A stretch of 64,000 nucleotides of DNA, from contig OX597830.1 in assembly GCA_951406725.2 (NCBI GenBank), forward strand, positions 56,606,001 to 56,670,000, given 5' to 3'. The number at the start of each line of letters is the position of its first letter. Positions within the stretch are counted from its first letter, which is position 1. This document shows, one piece after another, positions 27,437 through 40,959 of the stretch. The DNA is from Octopus vulgaris. Taxonomy: Eukaryota. Below the pieces are notes generated by a model, which was not told the origin of the DNA, did no database searches, and saw nothing but the letters and a program-made list of their open reading frames with translations. The position numbers and the translations under genes were made by a program.

Positions 27437-28926
27437 ATACATAGACACATCTAATCCATAATCGTAAGCCCGACAATATATTTTGTTGGGCTGTTTATGG
27501 ATTAAATGTTTATTCACTTTTAGGCTTATCTTTTGTGTTCTTTTTATCTAAGTGGCCGGGCATATACATTCTTTGGACTTGTCACAACCTCCTGGAATAT
27601 GTATACTTACTGTATTTATTTAGTTAAGTTACCACTTAGGATTTCTTTTCTAATTTAAATTACGTCCGGATTTTTTTCCTTTCTTTTGCGTGACATTATT
27701 TCGTTACTGATAAAACTAAAATTCGAGCGAAAATTATGTGGTTTATTATTTCAGTCAACTTTACCACATCTTGTAGCCCTCAATTACAAAAAAAAAGAAA
27801 AGAAAAAAAACCCCTACATTATTGATTGGTTTGTCCATCCAACATAATAACCCAAGTGAAATTGAAAACCGTAGGAGCAAACTTTGATTATTAGGAACAT
27901 TTAAAAAATCATATTATTAAAGCATCTAACCCTGCTTTTCTTTTGTAATTAATTTAAAATGATTTACTCTTCATCAGACGTAATTCTGACATAATATATG
28001 ATAACTACCTGTTTTTCTGCATTCTTCTACTATCGTCGTGGAAGACAATTAACCTTGGTGAGGTTCGAACACTTGACATAAACGTTACTCAATTACTCTT
28101 TAAATTGTAGTGTTGTTGTTTAGCCTCAAATCGGCTCTGAGCAAGTAGACTCCTGATCAAAGGTGGTTCCAGCCGTGACCATCTCGTCTTATATATTTCA
28201 AAGGCTATATAGTCCAACGTAACCCTCTGTCTCGGAAGAATCGCTAGCGAGTCGGACAAAATGTTTAGCGGTATTTATTTCATCTGGATCGAAGTTTTAG
28301 GTTCAAACTCCGCCGAAGTCGACTTTGCCTTTCATCTTTTTGGGATCCATAAAATAAATCCCAGTTGAGTACAGGGGTCAATATAATCGACTTATATTGC
28401 TGTCCTTGTGTCAAAGTTTGAAATCATTTTATTTAATACGATAAGGTTTAGTTTGAGAAATATTTGGTTGCTATTTCGAGCAGCTACCTATACAGGTTTC
28501 CTCGTTGGCTGTGGTGTGGTGTGATTCTCTAACAATTTCCGCCAACTCACCACCACCCTGTCAAGCTACATTTTGTATTATAAATCACTCATCCCCTTTT
28601 CATTTTACTGTAACTTCTGGAAGTTCTGAGCTTAACTCTGTTTTTGTATGTGGTCGTCCACTCTCTTAGAAATAGCAACTGCTAAATTTCCTCAAGTTAC
28701 GACACTACCGTCTTAGAAACACTCTTAACAGAAGGCAGTATTGTCACTGTTGGGACGTCTCTTGTAAGTTTGTTCTGTTCCGACTGATCTGAGGGGTTAA
28801 ACAACAATTTACGCACAAACACATAACGACAATGAACGTACAACGCTAGAAACTCGGAGTAACAATTAAAAATCATCAACTTGGAATAAATAAACTCTAC
28901 TAAATGCGTATAGTATCAAGCGCGTG

Positions 28927-29006
<80 letters not shown>

Positions 29007-29013
29007 CCCCATT

Positions 29014-29058
<45 letters not shown>

Positions 29059-29129
29059 ATATAAAATAAAATGAGACAACAAAGCCAAGGGTGTGTGGAG
29101 TTTTTAGGACATTTATAAAGAGAAAGTTA

Positions 29130-29177
29130 GTCTTACAGTTGTTTCTGGGATATTAGAGATATCCCTTCATCAGAGAC
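29130..29177 (-). ncRNA. Type I hammerhead ribozyme motif in a Penelope-like terminal repeat
   Basis: GUCU-CUGAUGA-A-GGGAUAU(CUCUA)AUAUCCC-A-GAAA-CAACUG-UA-AGAC. Confidence 0.75.
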
Positions 29178-29330
29178 GATATAAGAATGTTAAATAGAGG
29201 GAAATGGTAGACTTCAGTATAAAGAGTTATTTTGGAAAAAGATAGATAGAGGAAGTATCAAAGGAAAAAATAAAAATATATGTAGGATGTTACAGTTTCA
29301 TTATCCAAGGAAAGTGCTGTGTAGAATGGG

Positions 29331-29367
<37 letters not shown>

Positions 29368-29384
29368 ATTTATTATATAGAAGG

Positions 29385-29435
29385 AGCTTCTACAGGACTA
29401 GAACTGTTTCATTCAAGAGAAATCATCAGGAAGCT
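29385..29435 (-). ncRNA. Type I hammerhead ribozyme motif, second family
   Basis: AGCUUC-CUGAUGA-UUUCUCUUGAAU-GAAA-CAG(UUCUAGUC)CUG-UA-GAAGCU; 6-bp stem I. Confidence 0.78.
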
Positions 29436-29715
29436 AGTTAACAAGAATTGTATTGGCATTTATACATTTAGGCAGGTTTAAAGGGGTGGTGGTGGGGGAC
29501 TTTTTGGGGGTAGGCATAGCGCAAAAATATCATACTTGGGGGAGTGGTCAAGGAGTCAGTGGTAAATTAGATAAAAGAATAAAAAAAAAAAATATATATA
29601 TAGGAGAATAGAGTTTTAGGTAAATAAGGAGATTCTCACTTATACCTATACACATATGTATATATATACACACACACACACACATATACGTACACACATA
29701 CATACACACACACAC

Positions 29716-29746
<31 letters not shown>

Positions 29747-29881
29747 CACATACATGATGATTTCTCTTGAATGAAACAGTTCTAGTTCTGTAGAAGCTCC
29801 TTCTATATAATAAATTAATTTTACTCTGCTATGTATTGAGTACCTTATTTACTGTGGTTAACCCCGAATCAACCCGGGACC

Positions 29882-29922
<41 letters not shown>

Positions 29923-29966
29923 CGAATGAGATAACAAATTGAAGGCTGAGGAATTTTCAGGATATT

Positions 29967-30010
29967 TACAGCTGTTTCTGGGATATTATGGATATCCCTT
30001 CATCAGAGAC
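29967..30010 (-). ncRNA. Copy of the 29130 hammerhead with stem I 3' strand deleted
   Basis: CUGAUGA-A-GGGAUAU..AUAUCCC-A-GAAA-CAGCUG-UA followed by non-pairing sequence. Confidence 0.6.
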
Positions 30011-30179
30011 GTTGTGAGAAAATATTCGAGTTCGAATTATTGTGGAAAAGATAGGGAATATAGAGGGAAATAATATATATACATGCTAGTACAAGACCCA
30101 CGGTCTATCCATAGCAATTACTTAGCGTTACCTGACACTCTTTGGGTCTTCTAGACACCAATACCTCTCATACCCTCGG

Positions 30180-30242
<63 letters not shown>

Positions 30243-32727
30243 CAGAGAGATGAGTTCTACACAGTTTCGAGTCACGTAATATATAACAGGATTTTACTTC
30301 CTGAAGACTGGAGTACTTCGTTTTGTGTCTGGAAGCTTTAAGAAATCAACCAGGAATATATATATATAACAAACTTCAAATTCTTGCCGTCTACAGTGGT
30401 AATTTATCAGTTTACAATGGGAAGGGTACATACACACATATTAGGCTCTGTTAATATCGGTTTCAAATTCTGGCTCAAGGCCAGCAATTTTGGGCTAGAG
30501 GTAATGATTATATCAATGCCACTGTTCAACTAGTACTTATTCTAGCGACCCCGATAAGCATTTTGTCCGGCGTGCCAACAATTGGGCTAGTTCGGCGCCT
30601 CTTCCTACTCGATGATAAGGATCTTAATACTACATGACGATCCTGTCTTTCCCCGTATTTCAGGTACCATGAATATAATTCCACATTATCCAGTGTAAAC
30701 ACAGATCGTAGTCATCTAGTCATCATTTCTTAAGACATTAGGATTATTAGTTTTAAAAAGAATCTGGCTGCTATTTCTGGCAAATCAAGCGACCACTTAT
30801 ACTGATCGTCTATTAGTATTTGGTAACACGGAAATACATCAGTGAATGCTCTTTTTTTAAAATTGTCCACCCCCATCAGACGTGTGTATAGGCTGTACTT
30901 CACTTACACACAGACACACGGCAGCAAGCAGGCTGCAAAACTTCGAAGATACTGTCTGCCCTTTTCTTGTAAAAGTTTAATAAACATGTCCTCTACTAAA
31001 ATGTATGGAATTTAATGTTTAATTAAAAAAAAAAAATTATATATAACTTGATATTAAAACAAACATTGATATAAGACTGGAAGGTTACGGGGGAACATTC
31101 TTTGATCACAAATATATGAGGGTTGACATAAGCCTAAAAAAATACGCATCCGTTACTGCATTAATCGGGTTAACCCTCTATGAATATATAATAGTAAATT
31201 ATACGTTTCTTTTTTGTTTTTTAAACCCTTTAATCAACACCTGTGACCAAAGATGCTTCAACCGCGAACTTCCAGCCTTTTTTTATTGTCAGACACTATA
31301 TCTTGGGGCTCAAACTTGCACAACCCTAAAAACACAGATTTGATCTGAGTACAGAAATAAGTTTTGTCGATTCTATTTTGGCCAGTATTATTTACTGTGT
31401 TTATTTTCCGTTTTCTCTCTTATTTTATTTTGTTTTATTTTAAAACGGTGGGATATCACTGCTATTTCTAACCGGTTGAGGCTCCTTCGATGGTTCATGA
31501 ATTGCTTGTGATAATATTGAGGTTAAGTATAGAGAATTATTTATGACTGATATATTTTGCCGCACTGTATGTCTAAAACCCACACACACGCGCACTACTT
31601 CGTCTTTTTGTGTGTATTAACTAAGTCTACACAAACACATTCATGTGTATATGTGTGTGTACCATTGATGTATCATTACGTATATGTATTTACATACATA
31701 ATACACTCGTAGACATGTGTGTACGTATGATACACACACAGAAACTTACATGCGCACTCACTTACGCGCGCGTGTGTGCGTGTATAATAAGAGTACGTGC
31801 TATTTATGTGTATACATAAGTACATTTTCCTCTATAGTTTTTGACTTAATTCTTAGTTAGTCAAGACCGTCACAAAAGCTGTCATTGTCAGAATTCTAGA
31901 ATTAATTCTACAAACCTTGGATTTATTTAAAAACAGGAAAATGCCGAAACGGAAGTAATTTAGGTTGTGAGATTTCCGCCCTACTTCTAGACAGCATTTT
32001 TGCTAGGTTACGCAGTAAAGTTTGACCAAGGGATGAACATATCTGGACGTATTTGGGCAAATAAGCTTCACATTTTCCCCTCTCTCTCTGTGTTACAAAT
32101 TCCGAATCAGACATTTTATGACTAGTTTCCGGAACATATAGACATGCAACAATATTTTTTTCGTGTTAAAATATTTTCCGCGTTACACTTAATTTGGTTT
32201 TTTACAGTATTTGTTGTGTTTCACGCAATATTTAGGCGTTGTTACGCTTTTTATGCAGATATAAAGCAAACTTTTGTGGTTAGATAGAATATTCTGGTAC
32301 TCATGTTTTTTTTTACAGTTTTACCAATGGTGGTGTCACACAAAATATTCTGGTGTTCCAGTACCTGAGCAGTACTTTATTTTATCAACTTTAAAGGGGT
32401 GGAAGGAATGTCCCCAATATATTATTACACTTTAAAGAGACAAAAAAAGCAACAACAGAAAAACATGATTCCAGTAAGAATACTTGAGTATAGGTTAGCT
32501 AAATTAGTACTGACCCAGGGCTAAACAACCGCATGATCAGTGTCTCATCAATTATAAATGAAAACAAATATTTAACGATGTCTTACAAATAAGCTGTAAT
32601 GACATGTAAGCCAAATTTTGGTTGGTGGAGAGGAGAGTTATTTCAGTAGATTACTGATAAAGCTCTTCTGTATGACTGGTATTAATCAGCTGATACAAAC
32701 TCACTCAACCCTAAAAACACAGATTTC

Positions 32728-33143
32728 GGATCTTTTCGGTTTGAACGGCAGTTTTTTAAAATAATTTCCACGTAACTAAACACTTTTAAAACTTCGTATA
32801 CTGGTAGAATGTGTTCATAAAACATCTTTTTCTCTTGGCTTTATTGAGAAAATTCTATAGTTTGTAAGATATTTGTTGTTTTTTTTCTTCAATTTCAACC
32901 AATCAATGACGTCTATTGAGGTGAAAACATTCTGTGCCGTATGAATATGTCCCTCGTTTAAGAAACAGATAGGGTTTATTTACATTCCTGAAGAAAAAAA
33001 TACCTTTCCCCCCACCCCTAACCCTAACCCTAAAACAGATTGAGATGCTAGGGTCATAATTATCGATACTAGGGTCATAATTATGGGTGACAATTTCATA
33101 TGACACCGCTAGAAAAAAACTGCCGTTCAAACCGAAAAGATCC
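32728..33143. mobile_element. Second copy of the GGATC-TIR MITE
   Basis: 24-bp TIR GGATCTTTTCGGTTTGAACGGCAG; CAGATTT duplicated; empty paralogous site at 31321-31380. Confidence 0.92.
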
Positions 33144-33379
33144 CAGATTTGATCTGAGTACAGAAATGAGTTATGTTGATTCTTTTTGAAAGCACACAAA
33201 TTTGGAAAGGCATACACTCAATTGGACCAACCCAAGGATATATCTAGTTCTCATTTTGTCAATCCTGTAATGATAAAATAAAGTTAATTAGGGTAGTATT
33301 TGAACTTGGAAAAGTAAAGAGACAAAATGGTCTGTTACTCATCTCCTCTGCCAACTTGCTGCCCTGTAAATGAATGAAG

Positions 33380-33780
33380 GGATCTTTACCTTTTTACCTA
33401 CAGATTTAAAAACTAATTTTTTGTAACTAAACACTTTCAAACTTCGGACACTCGTAGAATGTGTCATATAAAACATGTTTTACTCTTAGCATTTTTGAGA
33501 AAAACTTATATTTAAGAAGTTATTTCACGTTAAAGTTCTTGTATTTTGGTAATTTCAACCAATCAGTGACGTGTATTCAGCTGAATAAAATTACTGCCGT
33601 TGTTTGTCAACAAGAACTTCCGGTGGTATATATTTTGTTTGTCACTATTATTTATGACAACCCTAAACCCCTAACCCTAAAACCTTAACCCTAACATCCT
33701 AACCCTAATACCCTAACCCTAAAACCTTAAAACCAGTACAAACGCACAAATGATGTCATAAATAACAGTGACAAACACTG
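33380..33780. mobile_element. Related truncated MITE with degenerate (CCCTAA)n
   Basis: Starts GGATCTTT and shares GTAACTAAACACTTT and TTTCAACCAATCA blocks with the above. Confidence 0.65.
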
Positions 33781-34779
33781 GCTTGTGCCAAAATTTGAAA
33801 CCAGTATTCTGCATTTATTTCTGTTATCTTTGAGAATAACGAAGAATTTAGTGAAATGATTAGTCATTTTTAAGATGGTGTTTAGAACATAAATTAGCAT
33901 AAATTAAGTTTTGATGAAAGGTTTTAGTTTGAATCATAGAACCAGAGGTGGTCTCAGACAGGTTGGTATCAAAAGGGTTAACACCATGCAAATGGGGGTG
34001 TTAAACAAGTGATGGTTAAGTCTACCACCTAAGCAGGCCATGGTGAGATTTAAACTCTGAATGCAACGATTTGGAACAAATATCACAAAGCATTATCATC
34101 CAATTCAATAAAATTTCCACCAACCAACACCCACTCAACTAGTATTTTATATATTGACCCCGGATGGATAAAAGGCAAAGTTGACCGTGTTGAGATTTGA
34201 ACTAGGAACTCTAGGTGCTGTAATAAATATTGCAATGCATTTCATCAGATGCTTTAACAATTTCAACCAATTTGCTGCACTCGTACCGGTGGCATGTGTA
34301 AAAGATTCGAGCGAGGTCATTGCCAGTACCGCCTGACTGGCCCCATGCCGGTGGTATGTAAAAGCACCCACTACACTCTCGGAGTGGTTGGCGTTAGGAA
34401 GGGCATCCAGCTGTAGAAACTCTGCCAGATCAAGATTGGAGCCTGGTGCAGCCATCTGGTTCGCCAGACCTCAGTCAAAATCGTCCAACCCATGCTAGCA
34501 TGGAAAGCGGACGTTAAACGATGATGATAAGCCTTAGCCTTTGAAAATATTTTGAGGGTGGAAGAATGTAGTGTGGCCAGTGTCACCTTAAAGTATGGGC
34601 TCACTGGACAGCTGTCTTGAGGCCCTATGGGTCTAGAGAGTTCAATGTTAATCTCTGTCTACTGTGATATACATGTAACTTGTGTATGTAGGGGCCTCAG
34701 TGCATGTTTTTCTGGGGTCCTTTAATACTCTTAAGGTGACTTTGGATGTGGCTAATGAGGAATTAAATTTATGTTTATG

Positions 34780-35000
34780 GTTCCCAAAGACAGTCCTCTT
34801 CAGCAAAACTGAAACTGGAAGTAGGCCTCATGGACATCCAAAGCATCATTTTCATGATTACCTCAAGCAGGCTTTCATTTCATGTAGTGCCCCTCCTGAT
34901 TAGTTGGAGCCCCTGACTGTTAATCAGAAGATATGGAGGTCCATGTGTGATGTTGGAGTGGAGTGTTCTGAAACCAAACACAGGAAACTGCCTGAAGAGA
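34780..35000 (+). mobile_element. RTE/BovB-like C-terminal relic
   Basis: PKTVLFSKTETGSRPHGHPKHHFHDYLK resembles the RTE PK..LF.EL..G.R..G.P motif. Confidence 0.6.
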
Positions 35001-36547
35001 TATTTCTTTATTAACCTATAAAAGGTTTACATAGAGGGGACATTACAAGGACAGACAAGGGACATTCAGGGTACAAACTCGCTTCTTACATACAGTGTGA
35101 AAAAACGGATGGACTTACATATATTGTGGATGAGGGTTAAAAATAAAAATATAAATGGTCGGATGAGTTTTGGGTCCGGGTTAGTGAATTAACCCGCCAG
35201 TTGGTTATCCCTTTTTGGTAATCTTTTTCCTTCCTTTTATGCTCCGACCGACCGTGCAAGCACAGCCTCGTGCATTCTTATCTTTCTTACCACTGTCGTC
35301 CATCTTTTTCCAAACGCTCTTTGCGGCAGGCTCCTCCTCTCCAGACGGATCTTGCTGGACAGATGGGCAGTGAAGTAATTCACCAGCCCACATCTGGAGA
35401 TGAATTGACCTGTCGCAATCCCTTTTGCTCACATCTTCCATACCACATCTTTCAGTATGAACTGTCTAAAGAGAGGAGACCTTGTCATCAACACCATGTG
35501 GCTGTTGTTTGAGGTCACTTTCAGTGCTGTCAGTGCCGCAAGACCTGTCTATCTTGTATCAGTCTTGTCAACCATGTCTGCTTCCATGAGAAACAATGTG
35601 CTGGAAATGGAAGAGGATGAATGTCTTGGATTAACGCTGTAATCACCTTTGATAGGCTGTCATCAGCAAAAGTAAGCAACATGATTTATAATAGCTATGT
35701 AAACTGAACTGGCAGAAGTTGAGTTCATTGACCTCCATAGACACAACATATTGCTCGTATCGGTCAGTACAGAAACTGTGATCAATTATTGTTCTTCTGC
35801 TGACAATATTTAAATCCCTCAAATCTGAGGAAACTAGTGAGGGATGTAGAGGGATGTAGAGAAATTATCCCATCCTTAATATACTTTATGTTAGGAAAGG
35901 AAACCATACTATATGCTATAGTGTTGTATTTTATTTTATAACAATCCTGCCAACATTATGTTAACACTTTTAACACTATACTAACTTCAATATAGTATTG
36001 TGTTAGTTGTGTCAGCCATGCTATATTATATTATTATTATAATGTAGTAGAACAATATTGTCAATGTAGGCATAGATGTGTGGTTGAGAAGTTTGCTTCC
36101 TGGCCACATGGATTCGGGTTCAATCCCACTGTGTGGCATGTGAAGCAACTGTTTTTTTTTTTTACTACAGTCCTCACCTGACCAAAGCTTTGTGATTGGA
36201 TTTGGTTGAAAGAAACTGAAAGAAGACTACCATGTATGTGTGTGGATATGTGTGTGTCTGTGTCTCATCTTGACATCACTTGATAGATATAAACAAGTGG
36301 CTGCCATACAGGCAATGTCATTCATTTCCGGTATTCTGTGAAAATACGTTTGGCCATGGGAAAATATTTCACTGCTGGACAAAATCTTAAGACCAGTGAA
36401 AAAAGTTCCTGAAATGAACTCCTTGTAGACTGATATATTCAACTATTTTTCATCATAGATTCATTATTAGCATATAGAAAAAGATATATGCGAACCTAAA
36501 GAGTTGTTTAGCATTTAATGCACAAAGTATGCATTGTATGAAAACTC

Positions 36548-37784
36548 TCAGGTTATTAAGAATGAAATGTCCAATCTTGAACTGAAAGTTTTTTTTACTT
36601 TATCTCAACAAAAAGCAATGCAGCTAATCAAAGTATGCACCTAAATTATCAATACAATTTTGCCATTTTATCGGTAACCTATTTATACTGGCAGCAAAGA
36701 ATTCTGGAGAACAAGAGGTTATGAAATCATGAAAGACTGTTTTTGCATCTTCTTCAGATTTGAGGTTTTTTTCCTTGCAAAAAAGTTGTCTAATGCCTGG
36801 AAAACATGATAGTCAGTTGGTGCAAGGTCTGGTGAATATGGCGAATGACAGAGTACTTCCATGTTCAGTTCCTGTTACTTGAGTAGCATTCTTTGGGCAA
36901 CATATGGTCGAGCACTGTCTTGCAAGAGAATTGGCCTATTTCTATTGACCAATCTCAGTTGTTTAGATGTATACATCCGCTAATTGACTTACCTGGTCTC
37001 ATGAAGTTGTAATGGATGGCACCAGCGCTGGACCATCAAACATACACCATTAGCTTTTTTTTTTGGTGAATATTCATTTTTGGATTGTGTTTTGGCACTT
37101 TATCTCTATCCAACCACTGTGCAGAATGCTTGCTATTGCTGAAAAGAATCCATGTTTCATCACGTGTAACAATATGATACAAAAATGGTTGGCTTTTATG
37201 CCGTGCCAACAAAGAACAGCAAATTTCAAGACGTGTCATTTGATGTTTGTTCAGTTCATGCAGTACCTACTTGTCCAGCTTCTTTACCTTGCCGATTTGT
37301 TTCAGATGGTTCACTACAGTTGGAATTGAAACATCAAACATTGCTGCTAACTCATGCGCAGTATGAGATATATCCATTTCCAATACAGTTTCTAACTCAT
37401 CATTATCCATCTTGGTCTCAGGTCTGCCACGGGGCTGATTTTGAAGAGTGAAGTCACCAGATCGGAACTTCTCAAACCATCAACGTACAATGTACTCATT
37501 TGCCACATCTTCACCAAACACCTCATGGGTATGGGATGCATTGGTTCCATGACAGAATTCATATTCATAAACAGCATGAATTTTTATCTATCCATGGGTT
37601 CACAAAAATTGACTTACAACAGGAAACTCACAATATAATCAGACACCATGAATTGCATTTTGAGAAGTGATGATGTAACTCTTCAATGTTGTAAAACAAA
37701 GAATTGTCAGGATAAAACATTAGAGTTAACGATTGTCAAACTTAGTGCTCAAGAAAATCGGACATTTCATTCTTAATGACCTGA
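36548..37784 (-). mobile_element. Full-length (~1.24 kb) mariner element with pseudogenised transposase
   Basis: TIRs TCAGGTTATTAAGAATGAAATGTCC / GGACATTTCATTCTTAATGACCTGA; IVTRDETWIL, LQDSARPYVA, HSPYSPDLAPTDY. Confidence 0.92.
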
Positions 37785-38011
37785 TAACAATATATTTCCT
37801 GGTCAAAAGTTTAAGACCATGACAAATAACAAACATAAACAATGAATAAATAGTAAACAAGGGGGCTCAATAGTTAGTAGCTCCACCCTTCCTGCAAATA
37901 ACTTCAAAAATCCAGTGGCATATTTGGCACAGGCGTTTGCAGGAGGTTGTCTGGAATGTTACACCATGAGGTGAAAACTGCCTGGCAAAGAGCATCTGTA
38001 GTCTCTTATTA

Positions 38012-38385
38012 ATCATCATCATCATCATTGTTTATCGTCCGCTTTCCATGCTAGCATGGGTTGGACGGTTCGACTGGGGTCTGGGAAGCCAGGAGGCTGC
38101 ACCAGGCCCAGTCTGATCTGGCAGTGTTTCTACAGCTGGATGCCCTTCCTAACGCTAATCACTCCGTGAGTGTAGTGGGTGCTTTTTACCAGCACAGGTG
38201 CCAGGCGAGGCTGGCAACGGCCACGATCGGTTGGTGCTTTTTACGTGCCACTGGCACGGAGGCCAGTTGAGGTGGAGTGTAGTGGGTGCTTTATACGTGC
38301 CACCGGTACAGGTGCCAGGCGAGGCTGGCAACGGCCACATATGGTTGGTGCTTTTTACATGCCGCTGGCATGGAGGCCAGTTGAA
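38012..38385 (-). mobile_element. (GAT)n-tailed retroposon inserted in the Tc1 relic
   Basis: Conserved 3' block plus internal units. Confidence 0.8.
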
Positions 38386-39005
38386 GCGCCTAATTGCATT
38401 CCATTTTTGTAAATGTCTCTTGCCATCCATCCCCCAAAATTTTCTATGGGGTTTAGGTCAGGAGAACATGGAGGCTGATTCAAAAGTGAACGTTATTTGT
38501 CCTGCACGCATTATGGATTGTAGCATTATCCTGTTGATAAATCCAGTCTTTTCAACACAATTTAGGGCCTTCAGTCGAGAGTGACTCCCACTCCAACTTG
38601 CCAACACAACCTGCTGCTGTTTGACATTCCTGCTCAACCTGAAGTTCCTTAGTTTCTCTGTATGAGAAATATACAACACACACTGGCACTCCATTGGTTA
38701 TGATGACAAGGGTTCCAGTTGATCTGATCAACAGAACAGTCTGCTTGTGAAATTAACGTGTAAGTGGCTGTGCACTCCACAGACACGTGTCCCTTTGACT
38801 TGGTTCTCAGGGATATTCAGCACGACACAGAATGTGACAAGGTTGCCCCTTTGAATTACAGGTACTACTCACTTTTGCCAGTTGAGTAGACTGGAGCAAT
38901 ATGAAATAAAGCATCTTGCTCAAGCACACAGTGCACCACCAAGAATCAAACTCATGACCTTACGATCATTATAGAAAATGATAGCAATTTATCTCCCTCC
39001 CTTTT

Positions 39006-39572
39006 CATCATCATCATCATCGTTTAATGTCCGTTTTCCATGCTAGCATGGGTTGGACGGTTCGACTGGGGTCTGGGAAGCCAGAAGGCTGCACCAGGCA
39101 CCAGTCTGATCAGGCAGTGTTTCTACAGCTGGATGCCCTTCCTAACGCCAACCACTCCATGAGTGTAGTGGGTGCTTTTTACGTGCCACCAGCACAGGTC
39201 CCAGGGGTGGCTGAAGACAGCCACGATCGGTTGGTGCTTTTTACGTGCCACTGGCACGGAAGCCAGTCAAAGTGGTGCTGGCATCGACCACGTACGGATG
39301 GTGCTTTTTACGTGCCACCGGCACAGGTGCCAGGGGAGGCTGGCAATGGCCACGATCGGTTGGTGCTTTTTACGTGCCACCGGCACAGGTGCCAGGGGAG
39401 GCTGGCAACGGCCATGATCGGCTGGTGGTTTTTACATGCCACTGACACGGAAGCCAGTCAAGGCGGCACTGGCATCGGCCACTATCGGTTGGTACTTTTT
39501 AGGTGCCAGGGTAGGCTGGCAACGACCACGATCGGTTGGTGCTTTTTATGTGCCACCAGCACAGAAGCCAGT
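39006..39572 (-). mobile_element. (GAT)n-tailed retroposon with about seven internal units
   Basis: Repeated GGTGCTTTTTACGTGCCAC units of two kinds. Confidence 0.82.
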
Positions 39573-40740
39573 CCTCTCAAAAACACCTCAAGGGTTCTGC
39601 CTACCTCCTGTTATGACAAGCACTGATCTAATAAAGCTAACACCATTCAGTATCACACAGTAAATTCACACTGTCTCAGCACACGCTTGTTATATAAGAT
39701 CATTGTGGTCTGTAACACCACTTATACTAACTTTGTAGTAGAGCAACACTGTTAGTCTATTATAGCCCCGTCATGTTCCATTTAACTTTGTTCATGTAAC
39801 TTGTTACTGACTGACTGACAACATACAATTAAAAGAGGTTACGTTACCTGCATAGTAAGGTGTGAGTAATGTAAGAAAATCTACCGATAGATTTGATTCA
39901 CTGACTTTATCTGGTACATCGCCTCTGATATTTAAAAACAAACATTGTGGGCACTTGGGAAGTGTGTGTGTGGTGGTTCTTGTTTAGTCCAAGGCCAACA
40001 ATTGTCCTGCAGTCCTCTGACAAGAGACATTCCACCTGTAAAAACCTTACAGATAGATTCACCTCACATTCCCTCTGATATTAAAAAAGACGAAAAAACT
40101 TTGTGGTCTCTTGGGAGATGTATGTGCATGTGTGTGTGTGTGTGTGTGTGTGTTTGTATGTTGTTTAGTCCAAGATCAACACTGATCTTGCAAAAATCTG
40201 ATAAGAGACACTCCATCTGTGACATCCCATTGTATTTTAAAATGTAGCATATATAGGGTTACATTATCTAACATACCTTTCCTTTTTTTTTCTGACTAGT
40301 TGGGTGTAACTTGAGAAAGACTCAGCTTTTATTTCTAGTAGATCTGATGACCATGTAATGGTTCTCTTGTTGACTCATGTTGGTAATGATGATGATGATG
40401 ATAGAGATTCACTGGTATTCATTTCATGTAAAATGTCTGAAATTATTGTCTCAGAAAATAAGGAATCAGATTGTGTGTGTGTGTGTGTGTGTTGGGCTGG
40501 TGGTTTGTTTTTTTCCAAGGTCAACTCTGATCTAGCTGATCTCTGACAAGAGACATTCCATCTTTGACCATCCCATGTTTTTCAGGCGTAGCATTTCTAG
40601 GGTTACATTGTGCAATTAATCTGTCTGTCTTTTATAAGGGAGTTGGGTGTGACTTCAGAGAGATTTAGCTGTTATTTCTGCTACCAAGATGGTCAGTGTT
40701 AGTATGTCATTAACCAGTTAGACTTGACTTGATTCTAAAC

Positions 40741-40959
40741 CAGTGCTTTTCAAACTTTTTGCTGGAGCGGAACCCCAAGGAAACATTCCACTGGCTCTGG
40801 GAAGCCCTGTGCAATAATTTAATAGTCTTATGCACACATATCTGCACAGGAAAATTTAAAATTACTGCCGACTTTAGCAGTTTTGTAACTTCGTGCGGAA
40901 CCCCTGGACTGTACTGACAGAACCCTAAGGTTCCACGGAACCCTGGTTGAAAACCACTG
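40741..40959. mobile_element. hAT (Charlie-like) MITE
   Basis: CAGTG...CACTG termini with perfect 8-bp TSD TTCTAAAC (40733-40740 and 40960-40967). Confidence 0.9.

Larger units (their letters stand above)
36370..38650 (-). mobile_element. Tc1-like transposon relic interrupted by a mariner and a retroposon
   Basis: Minus-strand WIYQQDNATIH and PPCSPDLNPIEN at ~38430-38550; repeated subterminal motif TTAAGACCA near 36390 and 37810. Confidence 0.72.

Noticed and set aside
33655-33725. (CCCTAA)n as an interstitial telomere
   Set aside because: Short, degenerate and internal to a MITE family.
39170-39572. Repeat-spacer pattern resembling a CRISPR array
   Set aside because: The spacers are themselves repeated, the array is internal to a dispersed eukaryotic retroposon, and there are no cas genes.
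40344-40370. Sense-strand CTGATGA followed by a small hairpin
   Set aside because: No GAAA or stem III follows; CTGAAGA at ~30301 fails the same way.
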